A stretch of DNA of 41,593 bases from Acidobacteriota bacterium (GTDB taxonomy: Bacteria; Acidobacteriota; Thermoanaerobaculia; UBA5066; Gp7-AA6), in assembly GCA_040005945.1 (NCBI GenBank), contig JBDTXY010000001.1:1-41593 (forward strand). Reading direction: 5' to 3'. The notes below the pieces were generated by a model that saw only the letters and a list, made by a program, of their open reading frames with translations, was not told where the DNA came from and ran no database searches. This document shows positions 1 through 7,795 of the stretch, piece by piece (the first letter of the stretch is position 1; every line of letters starts with the position of its first letter). The position numbers and the translations under genes are program-made.

Positions 1-150
1 GGCGACTCGCAGGCGTACAACATCCGGTCGACCGGACGTAACGGCGGCGCTTCCGACGGCGGCACGTGCGGCACGACGACCAACTTCAACGACGACATCG
101 TGTACTCCAACGGCTCGTTCCTGCAGTGGCCCGAAGGTACCCAGAACTAA
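1..150 (+). CDS. C-terminal fragment of a GspG/PilA-like type IV pilin (5' end lies outside the window)
   Basis: Frame 1 is open from base 1 to TAA at 148-150. It reads ...GDSQAYNIRSTGRNGGASDGGTCGTTTNFNDDIVYSNGSFLQWPEGTQN. The last ~30 residues are nearly identical to the C-terminus of the complete pilin at 264-746 (TCGTTTNFNDDILFSNGVFLQWPEGTQN). It is absent from the ORF track because it has no start in the window. Confidence 0.75.
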   Translation, partial: GDSQAYNIRSTGRNGGASDGGTCGTTTNFNDDIVYSNGSFLQWPEGTQN

Positions 151-173
151 CTCGGATGCGATGAAATCCGGAA

Positions 174-201
174 CGGCCCCGAGCGATCGGGGCCGTTTTT
201 T
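174..201 (+). terminator. Rho-independent terminator after the first pilin gene
   Basis: Stem CGGCCCC (174-180) pairs with GGGGCCG (189-195) around an 8-nt loop, followed by TTTTTT (196-201). It begins 24 nt after the TAA stop. Confidence 0.7.
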
Positions 202-263
202 CAGCTGGCGAAACGTGTCGACGAGCCATGAACGGACAAAGCACCAACCATCGTCGAGGAAAG

Positions 264-746
264 ATGAAGAAGACAGAATCCGGTTTTACGTTGATCGAGC
301 TGCTGATCGTCATCGCGATCATCGGGATCCTGGCGGCGATCGCCATTCCGAACCTGTTGAACGCGGTGCAGCGCGGCAAGCAGAAGCGCACGATGAGCGA
401 CATGCGCGCCCTGGCGACCGCGGTCGAGTCGTACGCCGTGGACAACGACAACTATCCGGCTGCGGCGTGCCCGACCGGGTCGTACACAGCGAATGGACCC
501 CTGCTGGCGGCGACAAGCTTCCAGAATCTGTCGCCGACCTACATCGCGCAGGCGCCGCTGAAAGACGGGTGGACGCGTTTCTTGCGGTACGGACTCGCCG
601 CCGGGAGCCAGGCCTACAACATCCGCTCCCGAGGAAAAGATGGAGCCAACGACCCGATCACCTGCGGGACGACCACAAACTTCAACGACGACATCCTGTT
701 CTCCAATGGTGTTTTCCTGCAGTGGCCCGAAGGCACTCAAAACTAG
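264..746 (+). CDS. Type IV pilin / T2SS GspG-like pseudopilin (prepilin-type N-terminal cleavage/methylation domain)
   Basis: MKKTESG|FTLIELLIVIAIIGILAAIAIPNLL shows the class III signal (G-F, Glu at +5), followed by a GspG-like helix (QRGKQKRTMSDMRALATAVESYAVDNDNYP). ATG 264 is preceded by GAGGAAAG. The ORF-track start at 228 would add a 12-aa extension and seems less likely. Confidence 0.9.
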   Translation: MKKTESGFTLIELLIVIAIIGILAAIAIPNLLNAVQRGKQKRTMSDMRALATAVESYAVDNDNYPAAACPTGSYTANGPLLAATSFQNLSPTYIAQAPLKDGWTRFLRYGLAAGSQAYNIRSRGKDGANDPITCGTTTNFNDDILFSNGVFLQWPEGTQN

Positions 747-753
747 GTCGGGG

Positions 754-823
754 GTTTTCAGTTTTCAGCGTGTCTCGTTCCCGGTTTGCACTGATAACTG
801 ATAACTGACGACGGATAACTGAC
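754..823. repeat. Heptad-periodic inverted repeat between the pilin and downstream genes
   Basis: GTTTTCA GTTTTCA G (754-768) is complementary at 13 of 15 positions to CTGATAA CTGATAA C (791-805). The right side continues with further 7-nt-phased CTGAnnn words to 823. The 18-mer at 789-806 matches 30523-30540 at 17 of 18 positions. Confidence 0.65.
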
Positions 824-835
824 TAGAATCGTCGT

Positions 836-3034
836 GTGCTGCTGCGCCGACGGCTCGTCTCCTCGGTCTCCGCGGCCGCGGCGCTTCTTCCCCCTCTGAT
901 CTGGCTCGCCCCGGCGCTGTTCTTTCGAAAGGCGCCTTCCTTTCGCGACCAGGGCGACTTCTTCTACCCGCTCAAGCTCTATACGGCGGATCGGCTGCGG
1001 GCGGGAGGAATCCCGCTGTGGAATCCGCTGTCCGGCACCGGCGAGCCCTGGCTCGCCAATGGGCAGTCGGGAGTCTTCTACCCTCCGAGCCTCCTTTTCC
1101 TGATCCGTTCCCCGGCCCTGGCGGCAGCCTTATTCCTCCTGCTGCACTTCGCGATCGCCGTTTGGGGAGCCCGTCGGCTGCTCAAGGAGGAGGCCGTTTC
1201 GGACGCGGGCGCCCTGTTCGGCGCCGCGGCCTTCGCCGCATCCGGCTATGCCGCATCCCTCTCGGTGTACTGGAATCACTTCGGCGCGTTCGCCTATCTG
1301 CCGGGGATTGTTTCTCTGGCGCGTTCAGGGCTTCGAACCCGGGCGGCGATGCTGGGGTTGGCGGCGCTGGTGGGCCTGCAGGCGATGGCCGGGAGCCCCG
1401 AGCTCTCCGCCGCGACGATCGGCCTGGCGCTCGTCCTGGCGGTGTTTCCCCGGCCGGAATTTCCCGAGCCGGCCGTCCCGCTTTCGCGGGGCGCAACGCT
1501 GCGGAGGTTGGCGGGCGGCGTGGCTCTGGGTCTCGCTCTGGCCGGATGGGTGCTGCTTCCCATGGGAGAGCTGCTGGCGCGATCGGATCGCCGCCATCCG
1601 CTGCCGGCCGCCTCGCGGGATCTGGGAGATGTCGGCGCCGCGGCCGCGGTTTCGGCCGCGGGACTTGCGCCGGAGGGAGGCGCCGGCACGTATCTGGCCT
1701 CTCTTTACATCGGACCGCTGATCCTCGTGGCCGCGGCCGCGGCGTTTGGCGAAGAGCACCGACGCCGGCTGGCCCGGATTCTCGTGCTCTGCGCGCTGGC
1801 CGGAATCCTCCTGGCGATGCATGGGCCGCCGGGGTCATGGCTTCGCAGCCTGCCTCCGCTGGACCGCGTGCGCTATCCCGCCAAGTGGCTGGCGTGGACG
1901 AGCCTGGCGGTGGCGACGCTGGCGGGCTTGGGCATCGACAGCCTCCGCTTTACCGTGGCCGCCGGACGGCGTCGCCTCGTCTTCGCCGTCCTGGCGCTGT
2001 GCGGCGTCGCGGTCTGTGCGCTGTCGCCCCAGCCCTGGGAGGTGCGGCTGGCCTCGGCCGGGGGCTGTGCGGCGCTGGGTCTGATGGCGCTGTTCGCGAA
2101 CGGACGTCCGCCGCTCGGCGCGCTGCTCTCGGGGGCGGCGGCCGCCTGCCTGATCGTGACGCTCGCGCAGGCGTCGGCGTCCTTGCCGCGCTTTGCGCCC
2201 GAGTCCGAGATCCGCAGCTGTCCCGAAGACGTCCGCACGCTGTCGCGGGTGGCGGGGCGCGTCGTCACGCCGCCGATGAGCCTGCTCTGGGGTTGGGTCC
2301 TCCACGATGACCGGTTCGACGCCGGCGTGCTCCGACGCCAGCGGGAGTCGCTGCTGGGCTACACCAACCTGACCTGTGGCGTGGCGGCGTTGCGCACGGC
2401 CGCGCCTCTGAAGACCGCCGGCATCGCCGCGATCGAGCAGTCGATCGCCGAAGACACGCTGCCGGCCGGGGCCGCCAGCGCGCGAGCGCTCTGGACGCCG
2501 TTTCAACCCGCGAGGCTTCCATCCCGAAAGATGGGCGAGTTCTTTCGGGCGCCCCTGGCCCCCTACCGTCCGAGGCTCTCGTTCCTCCGCGGCTATCGCA
2601 TCGAGCCGGACGCGGAGCGCGCCTGGGAGCGCGTGGCCGCGGGACAGGTGGATCTCACGTCCGAAGTGCTCCTGGACCGGCGTCCCGTGCCCGACCCGGA
2701 GGCTTCGCCGGCGCACCCGCTCTTGATCGCCAGGCTGGCGGAGGATCTCCCCGAGCGCGTCGTGGCCGAGGTGACGACGAGCCATCCTGGACTGCTGGTC
2801 TTGACCGATCTGCACTATCCCGGCTGGATCGCGGAAGAGGGCGGCCGGCTCCTGCCCCTGATGAGGGCGGACGGGTATTTCCGCGCGGTCGCGCTGACTG
2901 AGGGATCGCACCGCGTGGTGTTTCGCTACCGCCCCATGTCGTTCTATGCCGGCTGCGTCGTCTCGGGTCTGGCGCTCCTGACGATGCTCGGGCTCTGGTT
3001 CCAGGGGGAGCCGGTTCGCCGGCGCGCCCGATGA
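836..3034 (+). CDS. YfhO-family-like polytopic membrane protein (GT-C-type glycosyltransferase candidate)
   Basis: 732 aa with many hydrophobic spans. The N-terminal region FRDQGDFFYPLKLYTADRLRAGGIPLWNPLSGTGEPWLANGQSGVFYPPSL and the C-terminal LHYPGWIAEEGG...YFRAVALTEGSHRVVFRYRP plus a final TM are typical of YfhO-like proteins. GTG start at 836. The stop overlaps the pilD start (ATGA at 3031-3034). Confidence 0.75.
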   Translation: MLLRRRLVSSVSAAAALLPPLIWLAPALFFRKAPSFRDQGDFFYPLKLYTADRLRAGGIPLWNPLSGTGEPWLANGQSGVFYPPSLLFLIRSPALAAALFLLLHFAIAVWGARRLLKEEAVSDAGALFGAAAFAASGYAASLSVYWNHFGAFAYLPGIVSLARSGLRTRAAMLGLAALVGLQAMAGSPELSAATIGLALVLAVFPRPEFPEPAVPLSRGATLRRLAGGVALGLALAGWVLLPMGELLARSDRRHPLPAASRDLGDVGAAAAVSAAGLAPEGGAGTYLASLYIGPLILVAAAAAFGEEHRRRLARILVLCALAGILLAMHGPPGSWLRSLPPLDRVRYPAKWLAWTSLAVATLAGLGIDSLRFTVAAGRRRLVFAVLALCGVAVCALSPQPWEVRLASAGGCAALGLMALFANGRPPLGALLSGAAAACLIVTLAQASASLPRFAPESEIRSCPEDVRTLSRVAGRVVTPPMSLLWGWVLHDDRFDAGVLRRQRESLLGYTNLTCGVAALRTAAPLKTAGIAAIEQSIAEDTLPAGAASARALWTPFQPARLPSRKMGEFFRAPLAPYRPRLSFLRGYRIEPDAERAWERVAAGQVDLTSEVLLDRRPVPDPEASPAHPLLIARLAEDLPERVVAEVTTSHPGLLVLTDLHYPGWIAEEGGRLLPLMRADGYFRAVALTEGSHRVVFRYRPMSFYAGCVVSGLALLTMLGLWFQGEPVRRRAR

Positions 3035-3822
3035 TCGCGCCCTGGGAATCGCTCGGAAGCCTGGGCTGGATCGCCGCCGCGCTGACGGGCCTTCTCGTGG
3101 GCAGCTTCCTGAACGTCGTCGCGCATCGGCTGCCGCGCGACGAGTCGATCGTCTCGCCTCCCTCCCACTGTCCGTCGTGCAACGCGCGCATCCTGGCCCG
3201 AGACAACGTGCCCGTCTTCTCGTGGATCCTGCTTCGAGGACGCTGCCGGGTCTGCCGCGCTCCGATCTCCTACCGATATCCGCTCATGGAGCTCGCCAAC
3301 GGCGCTCTGTGGGCGCTGGTGTTTCTCCGCGCGCCGTCCTGGGGAGACTTTTTCTCCGGGGCGTTCCTGTGCTCGGCGGGCCTCGCGCTGCTGGCCATCG
3401 ACGCCGAGTTCCAAATCCTGCCCGACCTGATCACCCTTCCAGGAATCGTCGTGGGGCTGGCGCTGTCCTTCGTTTCCCTACGGCGCACGCCCCTTCAGGC
3501 CGCGTTGGCGGCGGCCCTGGGAGCCGGAGGGCTCTACCTGCTGGCCTTCGTCTACGAGAAGATCGCGGGACAGGAAGGCATGGGGTTGGGCGACGTGAAG
3601 ATGCTCGGGATGATCGGAGCCTTTCTGTCCCCGTCGGGTGTGATCGTGACGCTGCTGCTGGCGTCGCTGTCCGGAAGCGTGATCGGCGTGGGCTTGATCC
3701 TGGCCAAAGGCGGAGACGGAAAGACCCGCCTGCCTTTTGGAGTCTTCCTGGCGCTGGGCGCGATCGCGTCCTGGTTTTTCGCGGACCCGCTCATCACGCG
3801 GTATCGGTCCCTATGGCCCTAG
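3031..3822 (+). CDS. pilD: Prepilin peptidase / N-methyltransferase (A24 family)
   Basis: Cys-rich N-terminal box: FLNVVAHRLPRDESIVSPPSHCPSCNARILARDNVPVFSWILLRGRCRVCRAPISYRYPLMEL. Catalytic Asp contexts: AIDAEFQILPD and GLGDVKMLGMIGAFL. Eight or so TM spans. Confidence 0.95.
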   Translation: MIAPWESLGSLGWIAAALTGLLVGSFLNVVAHRLPRDESIVSPPSHCPSCNARILARDNVPVFSWILLRGRCRVCRAPISYRYPLMELANGALWALVFLRAPSWGDFFSGAFLCSAGLALLAIDAEFQILPDLITLPGIVVGLALSFVSLRRTPLQAALAAALGAGGLYLLAFVYEKIAGQEGMGLGDVKMLGMIGAFLSPSGVIVTLLLASLSGSVIGVGLILAKGGDGKTRLPFGVFLALGAIASWFFADPLITRYRSLWP

Positions 3823-4910
3823 AGCGCGACTCGCCCATTGCGCCTGAAGCGCGCGCGCGGGCGGCCCTGTTTCTGTTTTGCGCGGCCGCGTTGGTGGCGC
3901 TTCGCCTGTGGTTGGCCATCGAGGCGCCCCGGCTCTACGAGTTCGATCACTACTGGATCCCGATCGCGCAGGCGCAGGCCCAGGGCCTCGACCTCTGGCG
4001 GGATACCGATTACCACTTCTTCCCGCCGTGGGCATGGCTGCTCGGAGGCTTCCGGGCGCTGTCGCGGGGCGGCGACGAGTTCGCGGCAGTGCAGCGCACG
4101 TTCCTGACGCTGGTCGACGTCGCGATCGCGGCGCTGCTCTATCGGTTGGCCGGGCGCGTGCCCGGGGCGATCTCGGCCCGCGCCGCCGCGCTGTCGTACC
4201 TGGCCAACCCCGTCCCCATCTGGGTCAACTCGGTTCAGGGACAGTTCGACGGCCTGTCGGTGGCGTTTCTCATGGCCGCGCTGCTCGGCACGTACGGGCG
4301 CGATGAGCGGCGCCAAGGACTGAAGGCCGGCGTCATGCTGGGGCTCTCGGTGGCCGCCAAACAGATCACGCTGATGCATCCACTGCTCTGGCTGCGCCGG
4401 CGCCAGGGCGCGGCGACGGTGGCCGCGGCCTACGCCGTGCCGCTCCTGACCCTGCTTCCGTACGCGGCCTCGTGGCGCACGATCGCGCGCAGCCTGCTGG
4501 TGTACTACTCGGTGCCCCGCTCCTACGGGCTTTCGGAGCTGGTCCTCTACGATCCGCGTTTCGGGCCGGCCGTGGGCGTGGTGGGCCTGATCGCCGCGCT
4601 GGGGGCGATCGTCTGGCTGCGCCACCGGGAGCCCGCGCGCGCCTGCCTGTTCCTGTTTCTCGTGCTCCTCTTCGTCGCGCCGGGGCTGGGGTCGCAGTAC
4701 CTGCTCTGGCCGATGCCGTTTGGAGCCTTGTTCGGCGGCGTTCCCTACGTCGTCTTCTCCGCAGCATCCATTCTGTGGATCCTGGGCTCGCACTTCGGCT
4801 GGCCCGGAAGCGGCCAGTGGATGGGCCAGTTGATCTGGCTCACGGTCGGCATCTGGATGTTTTTCGAGAGCCGCGCACTGACCCGCCGGGCGGCCGAAGG
4901 GCCCGCATGA
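3813..4910 (+). CDS. Polytopic membrane protein, GT-C-like (DUF2029/mannosyltransferase-like) candidate glycosyltransferase
   Basis: ATG 3813 (MALERDSPIAPEARARAALFLFCAAALVALRLWL...) overlaps the pilD stop by 10 nt. The ORF-track 5' extension to 3177 only runs through pilD in another frame. There are multiple TM spans. An early loop (DHYWIPIAQAQAQGLDLWRDTDYHFFPPWAWLLGGF) resembles the first periplasmic loop of GT-C enzymes. The family call is tentative. Confidence 0.65.
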   Translation: MALERDSPIAPEARARAALFLFCAAALVALRLWLAIEAPRLYEFDHYWIPIAQAQAQGLDLWRDTDYHFFPPWAWLLGGFRALSRGGDEFAAVQRTFLTLVDVAIAALLYRLAGRVPGAISARAAALSYLANPVPIWVNSVQGQFDGLSVAFLMAALLGTYGRDERRQGLKAGVMLGLSVAAKQITLMHPLLWLRRRQGAATVAAAYAVPLLTLLPYAASWRTIARSLLVYYSVPRSYGLSELVLYDPRFGPAVGVVGLIAALGAIVWLRHREPARACLFLFLVLLFVAPGLGSQYLLWPMPFGALFGGVPYVVFSAASILWILGSHFGWPGSGQWMGQLIWLTVGIWMFFESRALTRRAAEGPA

Positions 4911-6661
4911 ATCGCAAGGCCGAGGCCTCCAATGTGCCGCGCACGTTCCGGCGCGAGTCGCGCTTGTTCCTGTGGATCGCCCTGCTACTGATCCTCTTCT
5001 TGAATTTCCTGACCCTCCTCTTCTTCCGCAGCGCGGTCGTCTGGGGAAATCTGGAAGCGGAGCGGCGCGTGGACGCCGTCCTGCGCCGCGCGGCGCTTTC
5101 CGGCACCCGATCCGACGGAGACGAGGCGATGGAGATCGGCACGCTGGAGCCCGACATCGTCTATCTGGCGATCTACAACGCGCGCGGGCAGAGGGTCCGG
5201 GCCCTGGGCCCCCGTGCCTCCGAGTCGCCGGCCGTGCTGAGCGGCCCGCGCCCCCCGGAAGGCCGCATCACGCACGGCTGGGGCGCCAACGGCGCGGCCG
5301 TCTCGACGCTGGCCGCCGATCAGCGCTTCTTCGTCATCGCCGTGGACCCTGGCGCGGGCGGGCCGCTGCGCGAATACGCGCGCAAGCTGTCCCTCTTCGT
5401 GCCCCTGGCTTCGGCGGCGCTGGTGGTGCTGGCCGCCTTCTATCTGCGCTCGCTGCTGGCCCCCTACGAGCGGCTTCTGGAAGCCGCCGGCGAAGCGCCC
5501 GAGAATTTTCGCGAGCATGGCGACGAGCGCGACTTCCTGATTACGCGCTTCGAAAGCACGATCGCGGCTCTGCACGAAAAGGAAGAGGAGCTGGAGCGGC
5601 TGGCGCGCAGCCAGAAGGAAAGGGCCGACGACCTCGAGACGGCGGCGCGCACGCTCTCCCGCAATCTGCCGACCGGGCTTTTGTCCGTGGATCCGCAGGG
5701 TCTCGTGGTCGAGCTGAACGAGGCGGGGCGCGAGATCCTGCGGCTGCCCCGGGAGGGGCGCGGCGAAGCGTTCACCGAGGTCCTCTCCGAAGCGCAGGAG
5801 TTTCGAGCGCTCGTGGGCGAAGTCCTGCAGAAGCGCGTGGTGGCCGGGCGGCAGGAAGTCCACTGGCGGCGCGAGACCGAACCCGAGCGCGTGCTGGGCG
5901 TGACCGCCACCCCCGCCGAAGGAGCCGACGGACGCTTCCTCGGGGCCGTGGTCCTGTTCTCGGATTTGACCGAGATCCGTCTGTTGGAGGGCCGGGTCGC
6001 GCTGGTCCGCCACCTCGCCGATCTGGGCCAGGTCTCGGCCGGAGCCGCCCACGAGTTTCGCAACGCCGCCGCCGCCATCGACGGCTTCGCGGATCTCGCG
6101 CTGCGCTCGCCGGACCCGGCGCGGGCGGCCGAATACGTGCGCGCGATCCGCCAGGAAGCGCAGGAGATGAGCCGCGTCACCAGCGACTTTCTGCTCTTCG
6201 CCAAGCCCGAGGGCTTCGTCCCGGACGCGATCGATCTGGCGGGAGTCGCGGATGCCGCCGTCGCCGAGACCGAACGCGCCTATCCGGGCGTGCGCGTGAT
6301 GCAGTCCGGCGATTTTGCCGAGGTCTCCGGCTCCGCGGTGCTGCTGCGTCGGGCGATCGCGAACCTGCTCCGCAACGCCGTCGAGGCCACGCCGGAGGCG
6401 CGCCGCTCCGCGGAGGACGCCGTCGCGCTGTGGGGCGCCGCGGGGGAGGGGGATGTCAAGATCTCCGTGGCCGATCGCGGGCCGGGAGTGCCCGCCGCGG
6501 AGAGAGAAAAAATCTTTCTCCCGTTTTTCTCGTCCAAGCCCGGGGGATCGGGGTTCGGCCTGGCGATCGTGGCCCGGATCGCGGAGCTCCACGGCGGCAC
6601 GGTGGAAGTGACGGACCGCGACGGGGGAGGAGCCGTCTTTACGCTGCGTCTGCCGGTGTAG
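4907..6661 (+). CDS. Sensor histidine kinase (two TM segments, PAS-like, HisKA, HATPase_c); PilS/NtrB-like
   Basis: ATG 4907 overlaps the upstream stop (ATGA). TM1 is LFLWIALLLILFLNFLTLLFF and TM2 is LSLFVPLASAALVVLAAFYL. PAS-like segment: LPTGLLSVDPQGLVVELNEAGREIL. H-box AAHEFRNAAAAIDGF, N-box LLRNAVEA, G-boxes DRGPGV and GSGFGLAIV. Confidence 0.9.
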   Translation: MNRKAEASNVPRTFRRESRLFLWIALLLILFLNFLTLLFFRSAVVWGNLEAERRVDAVLRRAALSGTRSDGDEAMEIGTLEPDIVYLAIYNARGQRVRALGPRASESPAVLSGPRPPEGRITHGWGANGAAVSTLAADQRFFVIAVDPGAGGPLREYARKLSLFVPLASAALVVLAAFYLRSLLAPYERLLEAAGEAPENFREHGDERDFLITRFESTIAALHEKEEELERLARSQKERADDLETAARTLSRNLPTGLLSVDPQGLVVELNEAGREILRLPREGRGEAFTEVLSEAQEFRALVGEVLQKRVVAGRQEVHWRRETEPERVLGVTATPAEGADGRFLGAVVLFSDLTEIRLLEGRVALVRHLADLGQVSAGAAHEFRNAAAAIDGFADLALRSPDPARAAEYVRAIRQEAQEMSRVTSDFLLFAKPEGFVPDAIDLAGVADAAVAETERAYPGVRVMQSGDFAEVSGSAVLLRRAIANLLRNAVEATPEARRSAEDAVALWGAAGEGDVKISVADRGPGVPAAEREKIFLPFFSSKPGGSGFGLAIVARIAELHGGTVEVTDRDGGGAVFTLRLPV

Positions 6662-6664
6662 GGG

Positions 6665-7795
6665 TCACGCGGGCTTCTTGAGCCCCGCGAGCAGCGTCTT
6701 GAACGATTCCTTGTCGATCGCGCGATCCAGCGCCTCGTTGGGCTCGACGACGTCCTGCTTGACCAACTCCGTCAGGGATTGATCCATCGAGATCATTCCC
6801 TTGGACTTGCCGGTCTGGATCTGATTGTTGATGCCCGCGGTCTTGCCCTCGCGGATCGCGTTGGAGAGCGCGGAAGAGCCCAGCAGGATCTCGTACGCCG
6901 GAACCCGTCCGCCATTCTTCTTGCGCAGCAGCTGCTGCGCGACGACGCCCCGCAGGACCTCCGCGAGGACGATGCGCACCTGTTCCTGCTCGGCGGCCGG
7001 GAACGCGTCGATGATCCGGTCCACGGCCTTGGCCGCGGAGTTGGTGTGGACGGTCGCGAAGACCAGCAGCCCGGTTTCCGCGGCCGTCAACGCCATGCGC
7101 ATCGTCTCCAAGTCGCGCATCTCGCCCACGAGCAGGCAATCCGGGTCCTCGCGAATGGCCGCTTTCACCCCGTCGGCGAAGCTGGGAACGTCCGGGCCGA
7201 TCTCGCGCTGCGTGAAGATGGATTTGTCGTTCTTGTGGATGAACTCGATGGGATCCTCGATCGTCACCACGTGGTGCGCCAGCCGTTTGTTCATCCGATC
7301 CAGAATCGCGGCCAGGGTCGTGGACTTGCCGCTTCCGGTCGGGCCCGTGATGAGGATCATGCCGCGCCGCACGGCGTAGAGCCCGGAGACGGCGGCGGGA
7401 AGGTTCAGGTCTTCGGCGGTGGGAACCTTGGACGGGATCAGACGGAAGACGGCGGCCGAGCCCCGCTCCTGTTGGAGGAGGTTGACCCGGAAGCGCGCCT
7501 GCTCGCCCATCTGGTAGGCGTAGTCCACGTCCCCGGAGTCCTGGAAGCTCTTCCAGGTCTTGGGCGGCGTGATCGGGCCCACCAGGTTGAAGAAGTCCCC
7601 CTCGGTCAAGACGCGATACCGCATCCGCTCGAGCTCGCCGTCGATGCGCACGATCGGAGGCGATCCCACCGAGAGGTGCAGATCGGAGCCCGATCGCTTG
7701 GGCAGGATCGCCAGGAATCGGTCGATCCGATTTCCGGCGGCCGTCACGTGGAGGTCGCCCTCCGCCGGAGGCCCCTTGGGCGCCGGCGCGCTCAC
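6665..7795 (-). CDS. pilT: Type IV pilus retraction ATPase PilT
   Basis: Motifs: SDLHLSVGSPPIVRIDGEL, Walker A GPTGSGKSTT, Asp box EDPIEF, Walker B CLLVGEMRD, His box LVFATVHT, PilT motif AIREGK. The GTG start at 7795 overlaps the upstream stop (GTGA). An alternative GTG lies at 7748. The ORF-track extension to 8719 is read-through of the upstream gene in another frame. Confidence 0.93.
   Translation of the reverse strand: MSAPAPKGPPAEGDLHVTAAGNRIDRFLAILPKRSGSDLHLSVGSPPIVRIDGELERMRYRVLTEGDFFNLVGPITPPKTWKSFQDSGDVDYAYQMGEQARFRVNLLQQERGSAAVFRLIPSKVPTAEDLNLPAAVSGLYAVRRGMILITGPTGSGKSTTLAAILDRMNKRLAHHVVTIEDPIEFIHKNDKSIFTQREIGPDVPSFADGVKAAIREDPDCLLVGEMRDLETMRMALTAAETGLLVFATVHTNSAAKAVDRIIDAFPAAEQEQVRIVLAEVLRGVVAQQLLRKKNGGRVPAYEILLGSSALSNAIREGKTAGINNQIQTGKSKGMISMDQSLTELVKQDVVEPNEALDRAIDKESFKTLLAGLKKPA

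Noticed and set aside
204-221. CTGGCGAAACGTGTCGAC as a sigma-54 promoter for the second pilin gene.
   Set aside because: The -12 position reads GTCG/TCGA rather than TTGC/TCGC at the required spacing. The promoter of this pilin remains unidentified.
3177-4910. 5'-extended versions of several ORF-track entries: 3177-4910, 4472-6661, 6665-8719, 12846-13709, 27404-29212, 27848-29446, 30542-32458, 35494-37527, 228-746, 10494-11093, 37700-40876.
   Set aside because: The extensions run through the preceding gene in another frame and translate to Arg/Pro/Gly-rich nonsense. Internal starts that overlap the upstream stop (ATGA/GTGA), or that follow a Shine-Dalgarno sequence, give proteins with sensible N-termini.
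6659-6667. Convergent kinase and pilT genes separated by only 3 nt (likewise 26941/26950 by 8 nt), with no room for terminators.
   Set aside because: Real, but common in compact GC-rich genomes. Termination probably occurs inside the opposing gene or is Rho-dependent. Not informative by itself.
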